From: Candidatus Binatia bacterium
GTDB lineage: Bacteria; Desulfobacterota; Binatia; HRBIN30; CADEER01
DNA: 64,000 nt
Direction of reading: 5' to 3'
Assembly (NCBI GenBank): GCA_050176585.1
Contig: JBFXHX010000024.1
Span: 191 to 64,190, forward strand
Position numbers and translations under genes: made by a program. The notes under the pieces were generated by a model. It was given only the letters and a program-made list of their open reading frames with translations. It did not search any database and had not been told where the DNA came from. How positions within the stretch are numbered: position 1 is the stretch's first letter; each line of letters starts with the position of its first letter. Positions 47,534 to 59,677 of the stretch are shown here, piece by piece.

Positions 47534-49918
47534 ATGAAGTACGTCGGCCAGCGCATCCCCGGCCTCACCGCCCGCATGCTGGCGAGCGGGCGCGGAACGT
47601 TCGCGGCCGACCTGTCATTACCCGAGATGGCGGCGATGGCCGTGCTGCGCAGCCCCTACGCACACGCGCGCCTGCTTCGCGTGGACGCCGAGCGCGCACG
47701 CGCCCTCCCGGGTGTGGTCGCCGTCATCACCGGCGAGGAGATTCGCGCCGCGACGAATCCCATGGCTGCGGCCGCGAATGCCGCGAACTACCCGGGCGGC
47801 CAAGGCGTCTCGCTGTACGCATTGCCGACGGATCGCGTGCGCTTCGTCGGCGATGCCGTCGCCGCGGTGGTGGCGGAGGACCGCTTTACCGCCCACCGCG
47901 CACTCGAGCTGATGGGCGTGGAGTACGAGGAGTTGCCGGTGGTGACCGACGCCGAATCCGCCCTGGCGCCCGGTGCGCCGCGCGTCGAGCCGGACTGGAG
48001 CGACAACGTCATGCTCCAGCGCACGTTCACCAGCGGGGATGTGGCGCAGGCGCTCAGCCGAGCGGACGGCACCGTGCGCGGCTCGGTCAAGGCACACCGG
48101 TACGTGGCGGCTCCGATGGAACCGCGCGCGTGCGCCGCGAGCTACGATCCCTACGGCGGCCAACTCACGGTGTGGTCCGCCACGCAGGGGCCACATCCCC
48201 TCCGCGTGTATCTCGCCGAGACGCTCGGCATGCCGGAGCGGGACCTGCGCGTGATCCAGCCCAACGTCGGCGGCGGGTTCGGCCAGAAGGCGCCGATCTT
48301 TCCCGAAGAGGTGCTGGTCGCCTACGCGGCGCGCGCGACCGGCCGGCCCGTCAAATGGATCGAAGAGCGCACCGAGCACTTCCTGGCCGGCGGACATGCG
48401 CGCGAGGAGGTCATCGAGTTCGAGGCCGGCTACCGGCGCGACGGGCGCGTCACCGCGCTCCGCGCCCGCATTCTCGCCGACGTCGGCGCGCCGGCGACGT
48501 TCGTCGGCTGGGCGATGGCGTTCGTGAGCGCGTATTGCGTCCCCGGCCCGTACAAGATCGCCGACTGCGAGATCGGGCTGTACATCGTGGTCACCAACAA
48601 GTGCCCGTGGAACGGTTATCGCGCGTTTGGAAAAGAGGCCGCCTGTTTTCTCCTCGAACGGGTCATGGACCGGGTCGCCGATGCCACCGCGCTCTCCCGT
48701 GCCGAGGTACGCCTGAAGAATTTCATTGCGGCGGAGGAGTTTCCGTTCACCCAGGTGACCGGCGCGGTCCTCGACAGCGGAAATTACGCTAGCGCCGTCC
48801 ATCGCGTGCTCGAGCTGGCCGGCGCTGAGCGGTTTCCCGCCGAGCAGGCCGCGGCGCGCCGCGAGGGCCGCCGGCTTGGATTGGGCCTCGCCTTCGAGCT
48901 GACGCCCGAGGGCTGCTCGCTGCCGAACGGCTACGTCCAGGGGTACGACGGCAGCACGGTGCGGGTCGCGCCTTCGGGGCACGTGACCGTCCTCACCGGC
49001 GTCACCTCCCCCGGGTCGGGCAACGAAACGGGCATCGCGCAGCTCGTCGCGGACGCGCTCGGCGCCGGATTGGACCAGATCCGCGTCGTGCAGGGCGACA
49101 CGGACACGTGCCCGTTCGGCCTCGGCAACTTCAGCTCGCGGAGCGTGATGATCGGCGGCGCGGCCGCCCGCCTGGCAGCGCTCGACCTCCGCGCCAAGAT
49201 GTTTCATGTGGCGGCGCGCGCCCTCGAAGTGACACCCGACGACCTCGACGCCGAGGACGGGCAGATCTACGTCGCCGGCGCGCCGAGCCGGCGGCTGAGC
49301 TTTCGGGACGTGGCCAGCCTCGTGTACCGGCACGCCTACGGTCGCGAAGTGGCGGACCTCGAGCCCGGGCTCGAGTCGACGCGCTACTACCGGGTGGACA
49401 ATGTCCACCATGAGCCGGACGCGCAGGGGCGCATCAGCCCGTATCCTACGTGGCCGAACGGCGCGTGCATCGCGATCGTCGAGGTGGACCCCGACACCGG
49501 TCTCGTGAAGGTGCTCCGCTATGCCATGGTGCACGACGCCGGGTTCCTCGTAAATCCGACCATGGTCGAGGGCAACGTGCTCGGGGCGATCGCGCAGGGC
49601 ATCGGAGGGGCGCTCTACGAGAACATGGTCTACGACGAGCTCGGGCAGCTGCGCACCACGACGTTCATGGACTACACGCTACCGACGGCGCTCGAGATGC
49701 CGCCGTGCGAGCTCGCGCATCAGATGACGCCGTCGCCGTTCACCCTGATGGGCATGAAGGGCGCGGGCGAGTCCGGCATCGCCGCTCCGCTGGCGGCGAT
49801 CGCGAGCGCGGTCGAGAACGCGTTTCCGGAGCTCCGGCTGGAGCTCATGGAGACGCCGTTCATGCCGCAGCGAATCTGGCGCGCGCTGTCCGAAGCGCGC
49901 GCGCGCACACCCGGCTGA
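47534..49918 (+). CDS. Xanthine-dehydrogenase-family molybdopterin-binding large subunit (CoxL/aldehyde-oxidase-like)
   Basis: ~794 aa. Ald_Xan_dh_C and C2 domains: GVVAVITGEEI, VRFVGDAVAAVVAED, GGGFGQK, and a C-terminal MoCo-binding region including MGMKGAGESG. No 2Fe-2S or FAD subunit genes adjacent. The ORF-track start is a TTG at 47519; ATG 47534 is preferred. Confidence 0.85.
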   Translation: MKYVGQRIPGLTARMLASGRGTFAADLSLPEMAAMAVLRSPYAHARLLRVDAERARALPGVVAVITGEEIRAATNPMAAAANAANYPGGQGVSLYALPTDRVRFVGDAVAAVVAEDRFTAHRALELMGVEYEELPVVTDAESALAPGAPRVEPDWSDNVMLQRTFTSGDVAQALSRADGTVRGSVKAHRYVAAPMEPRACAASYDPYGGQLTVWSATQGPHPLRVYLAETLGMPERDLRVIQPNVGGGFGQKAPIFPEEVLVAYAARATGRPVKWIEERTEHFLAGGHAREEVIEFEAGYRRDGRVTALRARILADVGAPATFVGWAMAFVSAYCVPGPYKIADCEIGLYIVVTNKCPWNGYRAFGKEAACFLLERVMDRVADATALSRAEVRLKNFIAAEEFPFTQVTGAVLDSGNYASAVHRVLELAGAERFPAEQAAARREGRRLGLGLAFELTPEGCSLPNGYVQGYDGSTVRVAPSGHVTVLTGVTSPGSGNETGIAQLVADALGAGLDQIRVVQGDTDTCPFGLGNFSSRSVMIGGAAARLAALDLRAKMFHVAARALEVTPDDLDAEDGQIYVAGAPSRRLSFRDVASLVYRHAYGREVADLEPGLESTRYYRVDNVHHEPDAQGRISPYPTWPNGACIAIVEVDPDTGLVKVLRYAMVHDAGFLVNPTMVEGNVLGAIAQGIGGALYENMVYDELGQLRTTTFMDYTLPTALEMPPCELAHQMTPSPFTLMGMKGAGESGIAAPLAAIASAVENAFPELRLELMETPFMPQRIWRALSEARARTPG

Positions 49919-50055
49919 CCCGGCGCTCCGGACGCCGACGGCAGCCAAGCACCGCGGCAGTCGTTGCCGTCGAGCGCGGGCGCCGGTGCGCGGCGTTTGC
50001 CGACTCGAAGCCCGTCTCGATAGAGTGCGCTCCCGCACGCGGTGAAAGGATCGCT

Positions 50056-50964
50056 ATGTCGACGCCTCGTTCACAGACGAATCTCGCCCGCGCTGACAAA
50101 CCCCTGACCGATTACTCCATTTGGACGCTCGCCTACTGTCAGGCCGACATGCCGCACGACTTCTTCGGCGGTTCCGGCTTGATGAGCAACAAGGGTACGG
50201 TACAGATTCCCATGCTCTACACCGTGCTCGTCGGCGGCGAGGTCGGCGGCAAACGGCACGTCGCCCTGGTGGATGCGGGGTTCGGCAACCAGGAATGGAT
50301 GTCGCGCTACAATTTCTTCGCCTGGGAAGATCCGCTGCACGTGCTCGGCAAAGTGCAGATCAAACCGGAGGACGTGGACGCGATCCTCGTCACCCACCTG
50401 CACTTCGACCACGTCGGCAACTTCGGCGCGTTCCCGAACGCGCATCTGTACATTCAACTCGACGAGTACATGGGGTGGCTGCGCACGCTCGCGCTTCCGG
50501 CCGATTTCGGCGGCGGCCAGCGGGCCTGGCTGCTGTCCTCGCTCGATCCGCAGGACATTCACAACGTCGCCTCCGCGATTGCACTCGGCAAGGTGACGTT
50601 GATCGAAGGGGATGCCGAAGTGCTGCCGGGCATCACCGCACGCTTGGCGAAGGACTCGCACACCTTCGGCACTCAATGGTTCGAAGTGGAGACCCTCAAC
50701 GGCACTTTCGCCATCGCCGGCGACGCGGTGTACTGGTACTCGAACGTCGAGCAGATGTGGCCACCGGGATACAATCAGGGCAATCCCTTCAACCAGCTGT
50801 TCACGTACGATCGCATCCGCCGCACGCTCCGCAGCGAGCTCGAACGCCTCATTCCGGGCCATGATCCACTCGTGTGGCAACGGCACCGCACCTGGAGCGC
50901 CGGTCCGAACCAGGTGGCGGAGGTGACGCTCGCGAAGGGGCAGGCCTCCAAGAAGCCTACATAG
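50056..50964 (+). CDS. MBL-fold metallo-hydrolase (lactonase-like)
   Basis: 302 aa from the ATG at 50056 (AAAGGA RBS). HxHxDH motif THLHFDHVGN. Downstream His and Asp ligands. Confidence 0.75.
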   Translation: MSTPRSQTNLARADKPLTDYSIWTLAYCQADMPHDFFGGSGLMSNKGTVQIPMLYTVLVGGEVGGKRHVALVDAGFGNQEWMSRYNFFAWEDPLHVLGKVQIKPEDVDAILVTHLHFDHVGNFGAFPNAHLYIQLDEYMGWLRTLALPADFGGGQRAWLLSSLDPQDIHNVASAIALGKVTLIEGDAEVLPGITARLAKDSHTFGTQWFEVETLNGTFAIAGDAVYWYSNVEQMWPPGYNQGNPFNQLFTYDRIRRTLRSELERLIPGHDPLVWQRHRTWSAGPNQVAEVTLAKGQASKKPT

Positions 50965-51070
50965 AAGGAGCTTGTGCCGGGCTGCGTAGCGCAGCGCCGC
51001 GTCCGAACGATGGCTGGCGCATTGAGCGCAGTGCAGTCGCGCGGCGCCGAAAAGAGAGAGCGGAGAAAGC

Positions 51071-52546
51071 ATGGCGGATTTGTTGATCGAGAACGTCACC
51101 GTCCTCACCATGGACCCCACCCGGCGAATCATTCCGAACGGCTACGTCACCGTGACGGGAAACCGCATAGAGGTGGTCGGCAGCGGGAAACCCGAGCGCG
51201 AAAGCGCCAAGGAGCGCATCGACGGCAACGGCGGCGTGCTCACGCCCGGGTTCATCAGCACCCATCAACATCTGATCGACTCGCTCATGCGCGGCGGCCT
51301 CGAGCAGGACCGCAACCTGTTCGACTGGTTCTTGAACGTCTACTACGGCGGTCTCGCCGCCTATACGCCGGAGGACTGCGGTCTCGCGGCGCGCCTGAAC
51401 GTCGCGGAGGCGATCCGCGCCGGCGTCACCACCATCAACGACAATTGGGGCGTCAACACCGGCGACGAGCTCCAGCGCGTGAACGATTGCGCCGAGGCCA
51501 CGCTCGAGGCGTACCGCGAGATTGGCATTCGCCTGATCTTCGCGCGCATGTTCGTGGACACCATGCCGCCCTATTGGGGCCCGCTGATCGACAACCTGCT
51601 GCGCAAGGTGCCGGGCAAGACGCTCGATAGCCGCACGATTGCCGAAGATACCGATCGGGTGCTCACCTCGATCGAGAGCCTGATGCAAAAGCATCACGGC
51701 ACGGAGAACGGCCGCATCCACGCCTGCCCATCGCCGATGTTGCCGCAGTGCGGAACGCCGGAGGCGCTGCAAGGCTCGCTCGAGCTCGCGCGCCGGTTCG
51801 ATACCATCGTGCCCATTCACGTCTGCGAGTCGAATATGGACGCGCGGGTGTTCAGCGAGACGTGGGGCGGTCTGAGCTGCACGGATTATCTGAACAATCT
51901 CGGGTTCCTCGACTCGCGCGTGCTGGCGGCGCACTGTGTGTGGCTGAACGACCGCGACATCCGCCTGCTCAAGGTCAACGACGTGAAGGTGGCGCACAAT
52001 CCGAGCACCAACATGTTCCTCGCCTCCGGCATCGCCCCGATCCCGAAGATGATCGCGTCGGGGATCACGGTCGGCCTCGGCATAGACGACACGACCACCG
52101 GATCGAACGTCGACATGCTGCGCGAGATGCGCCACGCCGCCCTGCTGCACAAGGTCGCCAACCTCGACGCCGGCGCCATGACGGCGGAGAAGGTTCTCGA
52201 GATGGCGACCATCGACGGCGCGCGCGCCATCGGGCTCGAACGCGACATCGGCTCGCTCGAGCCCGGCAAGAAAGCCGATCTGGTGCTCTTCGACACCGAC
52301 CGCCCACATTGGTACCCGCGCCATCACCTCGCGTCGACGATCGTCTACCAGGCCCACCCGGACGACGTGCGGACGGTCGTGATCGACGGCGCGGTCGTCA
52401 TGCGCGACCGGGTGCTCGCATGGATGGACGCGGATGAGGAGCGCGAGCTCTGCCGGAAAGCGCAGCGGGCGTCCGAAGCGATCATCGAGCGGGCCGGCTT
52501 ACAGGTGCTTCGCAATCGCGGCTGGCAGAGCCAGGGCCGCTGGTAA
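51071..52546 (+). CDS. TRZ/ATZ-family amidohydrolase, paralog 2 (deaminase/chlorohydrolase-like)
   Basis: 491 aa. Metal-binding FISTHQHLIDS, PIHVCES, HCVWL, GLGIDD. Confidence 0.85.
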   Translation: MADLLIENVTVLTMDPTRRIIPNGYVTVTGNRIEVVGSGKPERESAKERIDGNGGVLTPGFISTHQHLIDSLMRGGLEQDRNLFDWFLNVYYGGLAAYTPEDCGLAARLNVAEAIRAGVTTINDNWGVNTGDELQRVNDCAEATLEAYREIGIRLIFARMFVDTMPPYWGPLIDNLLRKVPGKTLDSRTIAEDTDRVLTSIESLMQKHHGTENGRIHACPSPMLPQCGTPEALQGSLELARRFDTIVPIHVCESNMDARVFSETWGGLSCTDYLNNLGFLDSRVLAAHCVWLNDRDIRLLKVNDVKVAHNPSTNMFLASGIAPIPKMIASGITVGLGIDDTTTGSNVDMLREMRHAALLHKVANLDAGAMTAEKVLEMATIDGARAIGLERDIGSLEPGKKADLVLFDTDRPHWYPRHHLASTIVYQAHPDDVRTVVIDGAVVMRDRVLAWMDADEERELCRKAQRASEAIIERAGLQVLRNRGWQSQGRW

Positions 52547-52568
52547 GCAGCACGACAGGAGGTGCAGC

Positions 52569-53741
52569 ATGGGGACCAATCTGAGCGGCATGATCGAGAG
52601 AGAACGGGTGGCGCTGAGGCGCACGCGAGCGGATCTGCTCGATGCGCGGCATCTGCCGGGCGAGTTCTACACCTCCGCGGAGATCTACGCGCAGGAGGTC
52701 GAAAAGATCTTCATGAAGGACTGGCTGTGCGTCGGCCGGGTGGAACAGTGGTCGCAGCCGGGCGACTTCCGCGCGCTGCGCATCGCCGACGAGCCCTTGC
52801 TGATCTGTCGCGACCAGCAGGGCAGCTTGAACGCGTTCTCCAACGTCTGCCGCCACCGCGGCGTCGAGGTGGCCTTCGGCACGGGCAATCAGACGGAGTT
52901 TCAGTGCCCGTATCACGGGTGGCTCTATGACCTCGAGGGCAAGCTGGTCGGCGCCCCGTACTCGAAGGAAGTGAAGACCTTCGACTTCGCGAACTGCCGG
53001 CTTCCGCGGGTGAAGCTCGACACCTGGGCCGGGTACGTGTTCGTGAACTTCGACCCGAGCTCACCGAGCTTGGGCGAGTACCTCGCCCAGGACGAAGGCG
53101 TGCGAAAAGCGCAGGAGCTGCTACACCCCGAGCGTACGCGCATCTGCGACGAGTTCACGTTCGAGATCGAGTGCAACTGGAAGTTCATTCCCGAGAACCT
53201 GATGGACATCTATCACGCGAAGGTGGTCCACGGTTCGTCGTTCGCGAAGAAGTTCACGATGGAAGGGTACCCCTTCCGCTTGGGCAAGAACGGCCGCTAC
53301 CACGCCGAATATGAGAGCCTCACGATGGCGCCCGACGGCATCATCCTGTTCGGGCCAATGCCGTGGTTGCGCGACCGCAGCGAATACCTGGCGTTCACCG
53401 TGTTCATCCCGCCAACGTTCAACCTCTTCGGCCGCCAGGACCTCATCCAGCCGTGGGTCAGCCTGCCGCTCGCGCCCGACCGGACGCAGATCACGATCTG
53501 GACCCAGCTGCCCGAGGAACATTTCGCCTCCCCGGCCTTTGAGGAGAAGACCGACATCCTGAAGAACTTCATTCGGCTGGTCGCCGCCGAAGATAGCGCG
53601 ATGCTGCGCTCGCTCCACAAAGGCGTGCGGTCGCGTTCGTACGTGCCCGGTCCGACGATCCAGTTGGAGAAGGCGATTCACCACCTGCTGAACTACTACC
53701 TCGACCGGATGTTCGGAGAGAGCGCCGGGCGCCCGGTCTGA
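52569..53741 (+). CDS. Rieske non-heme iron oxygenase alpha subunit (alpha-only type)
   Basis: 390 aa. Perfect AGGAGG RBS. Rieske motif CRHRG...CPYHGW. Mononuclear Fe site with His/Asp in IYHAKVVHG. No beta-subunit or reductase gene adjacent. Confidence 0.85.
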   Translation: MGTNLSGMIERERVALRRTRADLLDARHLPGEFYTSAEIYAQEVEKIFMKDWLCVGRVEQWSQPGDFRALRIADEPLLICRDQQGSLNAFSNVCRHRGVEVAFGTGNQTEFQCPYHGWLYDLEGKLVGAPYSKEVKTFDFANCRLPRVKLDTWAGYVFVNFDPSSPSLGEYLAQDEGVRKAQELLHPERTRICDEFTFEIECNWKFIPENLMDIYHAKVVHGSSFAKKFTMEGYPFRLGKNGRYHAEYESLTMAPDGIILFGPMPWLRDRSEYLAFTVFIPPTFNLFGRQDLIQPWVSLPLAPDRTQITIWTQLPEEHFASPAFEEKTDILKNFIRLVAAEDSAMLRSLHKGVRSRSYVPGPTIQLEKAIHHLLNYYLDRMFGESAGRPV

Positions 53742-53805
53742 ACGCGCCGCCGCCGCGCGCAGGTTTGCTCCTGGCCCGTTCCGGGGGACGAGGGGCCGGG
53801 GCGCC

Positions 53806-54411
53806 TCAGCCCTGGCCTTCGACGAGGTTGAACGCCCGGTTCAGCGCGGAGAGGTTGTAGGCAATCAAGGCCGCGCTCGCGAGCTCCACCAGCCCCGCGT
53901 CGGATACGCCGTGCCTCCGCACGCGCGCGACGTCCTCGTCGCCGATCTGGCGGGGTGCGAAGGCCACCTTCACGCCGAAATCCACCAGGTCGCGTTCCCG
54001 CTCGGAGACCAGGTGGCTCTTCTCTTCCCAGTCGCGGGCGACGGCGATCGCGGCCTCGTCGGCGCCTTCGAAACGCGCCGCGCCTTCATGGTACGGCGCG
54101 CAGGTCGGCGTCTCGTCGCCCTCGTTGCGCCAGGAGATGACCGCGGCGAGCAACTCCTTGGTCGACGACTCGATCTCGCCGTGCTTGACAGCGTAGTGCT
54201 CCATGAGGAACCAGCTCCGAAAGAGGTCGGGCTTCAGCGCGAGCGTGCGCAGGGTGACCGCGCCGTAGAGGGCGTCACCGGGAACTCCGGGAATCGCCTC
54301 GAGGCCGCGCTTGATCAAGCGCAAGTGCTCGCGCAATTCCGCTGGGGCGCTTGCCTCCAATGTGTGGAGCGCCTCGGGTGGGGCTGGCTGGATGCGAAAC
54401 GGTGTGGCCAC
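53806..54411 (-). CDS. Carboxymuconolactone-decarboxylase (CMD/AhpD-like) family protein
   Basis: 201 aa. GTG start with GAGGAG RBS. AhpD-like helical fold inferred from the TCAPYHEGAA (Cys/His) region. Confidence 0.65.
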   Translation of the reverse strand: MATPFRIQPAPPEALHTLEASAPAELREHLRLIKRGLEAIPGVPGDALYGAVTLRTLALKPDLFRSWFLMEHYAVKHGEIESSTKELLAAVISWRNEGDETPTCAPYHEGAARFEGADEAAIAVARDWEEKSHLVSERERDLVDFGVKVAFAPRQIGDEDVARVRRHGVSDAGLVELASAALIAYNLSALNRAFNLVEGQG

Positions 54412-54702
54412 AGCGGGCTCCTCGTGCGCTTCGGTCGCCGTTTGACGCGACCGCCGGCTTCGTCGCCGGCTCGTGTTGGACGTGTGTGGCGCCAGCTAGC
54501 ACAGCGGCGCCCGCGCCGACAGCGAACGGGCTCGCGCAGTCTCGGGCGCAGCGCACCGCCCGGCGCCGGGTTCGCCGCGGCGCGCCAAGCGCGAACCGTT
54601 GTGCCGCTCGACTGCGGGCGCGACGCCGGCGTATGAATCGACGCGATTTGGTCATATGAGTAGACGGCCGCGGGCTGATCGGTAACGTTCAGCCGACACT
54701 GC

Positions 54703-54731
54703 GCCGGCTCGCGAGGTTCGAATCAGCCGGC
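54703..54731 (+). promoter_or_regulatory. Hairpin GCCGGCT-N15-AGCCGGC in the CMD/dmpF divergent promoter region
   Basis: 7-bp perfect inverted repeat. The loop contains GGTTCGAATC. Lies 19 nt upstream of the dmpF ATG. Confidence 0.3.
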
Positions 54732-54749
54732 GAGAAAAGAGCCAAGGCG

Positions 54750-55670
54750 ATGGACAAGGTGAGATGCGCGCTAGTCGGATCGGGGAACATCGGCACCGAT
54801 CTGTTGTACAAGCTGAAGCGCAGCGCGGTGCTGGAGCCCGCGTGGATGGTCGGCATCGAGCCAGCCTCCGAGGGACTCGCGCGCGCCCGCGAGCTGGGAT
54901 TGAAGACGACAGATCAGGGCATCGACGGTTTGCTGCCGCACGTGATCGACGACAAGGTGCAGATCGCTTTCGATGCCACATCCGCCTACGTGCACCCGGA
55001 GAACTCGCGCAAGCTCACTGCATACGGGGTGCTGGTAATCGATCTGACCCCCGCCGCCATCGGGCCGTACTGCGTGCCGCCGGTGAATTTGAGCGATCAC
55101 GTGGGCGCGCGGGAGATGAACGTCAACATGGTCAGCTGCGGCGGCCAGGCGACGATCCCATTGATCGCCGCAGTATCGCGTGTGCAGCCGGTGGCGTACG
55201 GCGAGATCATCGCCACGGTGGCGTCGCGTTCGGTCGGTCCGGGCACGCGCAAGAACATCGACGAGTTCACCCGCACCACCGCCGAGGGCGTCGAGAAGAT
55301 CGGCGGCGCGAAGCGCGGGAAAGCGATCATCATCATCAACCCCGCCGAACCGCCGCTCATCATGCGCGATACCATCCACTGCCTCACCGAATCGCCTCCG
55401 GACCAGGAGGCCATCACCGCATCGGTCAACGAGATGATCCGCGAGGTGCAGAAGTACGTGCCGGGGTACCGGCTGAAGAACGGCCCCGTGTTTGATGGGA
55501 ACCGCGTCTCGGTGTTCATGGAAGTGGAAGGCCTCGGCGATTACCTGCCGAAATACGCCGGCAACCTCGACATCATGACGGCGGCCGCCGCGCGCACTGC
55601 CGAAATGTTCGCGGAGGAAATCCTGGCGGGACATTTGAAACTCCAGCCGGCGCGCGCGGAGGTGGCGTGA
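54750..55670 (+). CDS. dmpF: Acetaldehyde dehydrogenase (acetylating)
   Basis: 306 aa. N-terminal Rossmann [15 protein letters not shown]. Catalytic Cys in [12 protein letters not shown]. Collinear with DmpF/MhpF. Confidence 0.9.
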   Translation: MDKVRCALVGSGNIGTDLLYKLKRSAVLEPAWMVGIEPASEGLARARELGLKTTDQGIDGLLPHVIDDKVQIAFDATSAYVHPENSRKLTAYGVLVIDLTPAAIGPYCVPPVNLSDHVGAREMNVNMVSCGGQATIPLIAAVSRVQPVAYGEIIATVASRSVGPGTRKNIDEFTRTTAEGVEKIGGAKRGKAIIIINPAEPPLIMRDTIHCLTESPPDQEAITASVNEMIREVQKYVPGYRLKNGPVFDGNRVSVFMEVEGLGDYLPKYAGNLDIMTAAAARTAEMFAEEILAGHLKLQPARAEVA

Positions 55671-56704
55671 TGGATCTGCGCGGAAGAACAGTCACCCTTC
55701 ACGATATGTGCCTGCGCGATGGCATGCATCCGAAGCGCCACCAGATCACGTTGGCGCAGATGACGGCCATCGCGCGCGGGCTCGACGATGCCGGCGTGCC
55801 GCTGATCGAAGTGACGCACGGGGATGGCCTCGGCGGTGCGTCGCTCAATTACGGCTTCCCCGCCGAAACCGACGAGAAATACCTACGCGCCGTGGTGCCG
55901 CTGCTCAAGCGCACCAAGGTGTCCGCGCTGCTCATTCCGGGCATCGGTACCGTCGATCACTTGCGCATGGTGCACGAGATCGGTGTGCAGACCATCCGCG
56001 TTGCGACGCATTGCACGGAAGCGGACGTCGCCGAACAGCACATCGGGCTGGCCCGAAAACTGGGCATGGACACGGTCGGGTTCCTGATGATGGCGCACAT
56101 GATCTCGCCGGAGAACATCGTGCACCAGGCGAAGCTCATGGAATCGTACGGCGCCAACTGCGTCTACTGCACCGACTCGGCCGGCTACATGCTGCCCGCG
56201 GACGTAACCGCGCGCGTCGGCGCCCTGCGGGAGGTCCTGAAACCGGAGACGGAGATCGGCTTTCACGGCCATCACAACCTCGCCATGGGGGTCGCCAACT
56301 CCATCGCGGCGGTCGAAGCGGGCGCCAGCCGAATCGACGGCTCCGCCGCGGGGCTCGGGGCTGGAGCCGGCAACACGCCACTCGAGGTATTCGCCGCCGT
56401 CTGTCACCGCATGGGAATCGAGACCGGGGTCGACCTCTACAAGCTGATGGACGTCGCCGAAGACCTCGTCATGCCGATCATGGACCAGCCGATCCGGATC
56501 GACCGTGACGCGCTCACGCTCGGCTACGCGGGCGTGTACTCGACGTTCCTCTTGTTCGCCAAACAAGCGGAAGCGAAATACGGCGTGTCTTCGCGAGACG
56601 TGCTGGTCGAGCTCGGCCGGCGCGGCACCGTCGGCGGCCAGGAGGATATGATCGAAGACCTGGCGCTCGAAATGAGAAAGCAGCGGACCGGCGCGGGCGC
56701 GTAG
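55670..56704 (+). CDS. dmpG: 4-hydroxy-2-oxovalerate aldolase
   Basis: ATGA overlap with the dmpF stop. HMGL-like TIM barrel ([29 protein letters not shown]). C-terminal DmpG communication domain. Confidence 0.9.
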   Translation: MDLRGRTVTLHDMCLRDGMHPKRHQITLAQMTAIARGLDDAGVPLIEVTHGDGLGGASLNYGFPAETDEKYLRAVVPLLKRTKVSALLIPGIGTVDHLRMVHEIGVQTIRVATHCTEADVAEQHIGLARKLGMDTVGFLMMAHMISPENIVHQAKLMESYGANCVYCTDSAGYMLPADVTARVGALREVLKPETEIGFHGHHNLAMGVANSIAAVEAGASRIDGSAAGLGAGAGNTPLEVFAAVCHRMGIETGVDLYKLMDVAEDLVMPIMDQPIRIDRDALTLGYAGVYSTFLLFAKQAEAKYGVSSRDVLVELGRRGTVGGQEDMIEDLALEMRKQRTGAGA

Positions 56705-56794
56705 CGGAGAGCGCCGCGCTCCAACGCCGGCAGGCCGTTCCCCTTCTGTCGACTCCGGATGACGGTGTCGACGTTATGGATGGAAAGCGGAAGG

Positions 56795-57606
56795 TCAGAC
56801 GGAGAACTCGATCACGGCAGCGCCACTGCCGTACACCGGCCCATACGCGTGCGTCCGCGCGCTGCGGAAGGCGCCGCCGAGCGCCCCGAGAATCCACGAG
56901 AAGTGTTTGAAGCCCATCTCCGCGCGGGCTTCGCTGGCGAACTGCGGCAACGCCGCGCGCACCCGTGCCACGTCCGCGTGCTCGAGCAGGTCGATCATGC
57001 GCCGGTTCCACGCGTCGTCTTCAGGGCGCGCGATGCGGTCCTCGGCGATGTCGATCTCGTCGCGCAGAATCGAGCCGGATAGGCCGCCCACGCCGACCAC
57101 GGCCACGCGCCGGCCCAGCCCGCCAGCCACCGAGGCCGCGAGCTGTCCCAGCCGCTCGGTGGTTTCGGCGTTGTGGTAGACGTTGTTGGCCGCGATCACC
57201 AGCGGAATCTCGCCGCCCGGATTCAGGAAGTGGTTCGCGACGATCGTACCCGTATCGATCGGGAACTCGTCGTAGTCGACGCCCTTGGAGCTGACGCCCG
57301 CCGCGCGAGCGGCGGTGATGCAGGCGTGCGCCATCTCGGTATCGATGCGCATGTCGAACGGCAGATCGCCGTACTCGTACCAGTTCTCGTCGACGTGCAA
57401 CCCCTGCACGCGCGGGCGCGTCTGCCACAGCTCGTCCAGCACCGCGATCCACTGGGTGGAATAGAGGAGGATCACGTCCGGCCGCGCGGCAGCGAGGGCG
57501 CGCGCCGCTTGACCGTATCCGGTTGCGATATGCCCCCACGGCGGGTTCTCGGGCTTGAGCCGCGGCAGCGGCGAGCCCGGCACGAGAAAGGCGGCGATGA
57601 CCGCCA

Positions 57607-57607
<1 letters not shown>
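56795..57607 (-). CDS. LigB-fold extradiol dioxygenase second subunit (AmnA-like, 2-aminophenol 1,6-dioxygenase alpha-like)
   Basis: 270 aa. ATG shares one nucleotide with the upstream stop (TGATG). LigB-type fold. Follows the catalytic subunit as in the amnBA arrangement. Confidence 0.6.
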
Positions 57608-58990
<1,383 letters not shown>

Positions 58991-59677
58991 GGCGTCTCCT
59001 TCAACGCCCAACCAACCCGCTCATAGAGCGGCCAGTACCTCCCTGCAGGGCCGATGTCCGCCCCGTGGCGCGCCGGGCGAGAATGGCCTCGCAGCGCCGC
59101 TGACATTCGGCTTCGCCTCCATCTCGGCAGCTCGATGCCCCAACACATGCCGCGGTAACGGCGTGGCGGCCGCTAATTACCGCCGACCTTCGCCACCGTC
59201 AACTCGCGCCTCGGACCGCATCGCCGGACGTGCGCGACAGCAAGCGCGGCCGCTGCATGCACAACACCGTGCGCGCCGCAGACTACCGGTCGCCGCGATC
59301 GCGGCGCGTATCCGCGGTCATGCAAAACTTGACAGATTCTAATGTCGGGAGTAGGCGGGGCGTGACGCGCAGTTCTCCGCTCTCGAGCGAAGGGCAGGTC
59401 CTCGATGTTCGAGACGCAGCATGCAGGTGTTGCGGAATTGACCGAGTACAGCGCTTACTTTCCCCGCCCGGCTATGCGGCCGGCGCAGGGCTCATCGCAG
59501 GTGTGCGCGCGGCGCCGCCGCGCTCGAATCGGCGCGCGCAGCGGAACGCCCGTCGCGGCAGCCACTCGCAAACATGCGGTAGTGCAGGGGGGTTTGATCG
59601 TCTGAGGAAGGTTCGAAACGTCTGGTAGCCACTCTCACCGCGTGCTGCTCGCACGCCGCTCCGACCAAGGAGGCACG

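Noticed and set aside
45416-49534. 653-aa and 638-aa minus-strand ORFs antisense to the LLM, beta-ureidopropionase and Mo-hydroxylase genes
   Set aside because: Antisense artefacts. The plus-strand products are strongly recognisable.
54703-54731. GGTTCGAATC (tRNA T-loop-like) sequence upstream of dmpF
   Set aside because: The surrounding stems do not form a cloverleaf: a 7-bp stem with a 15-nt loop, no acceptor or anticodon arms. Kept only as a possible regulatory hairpin, not a tRNA.
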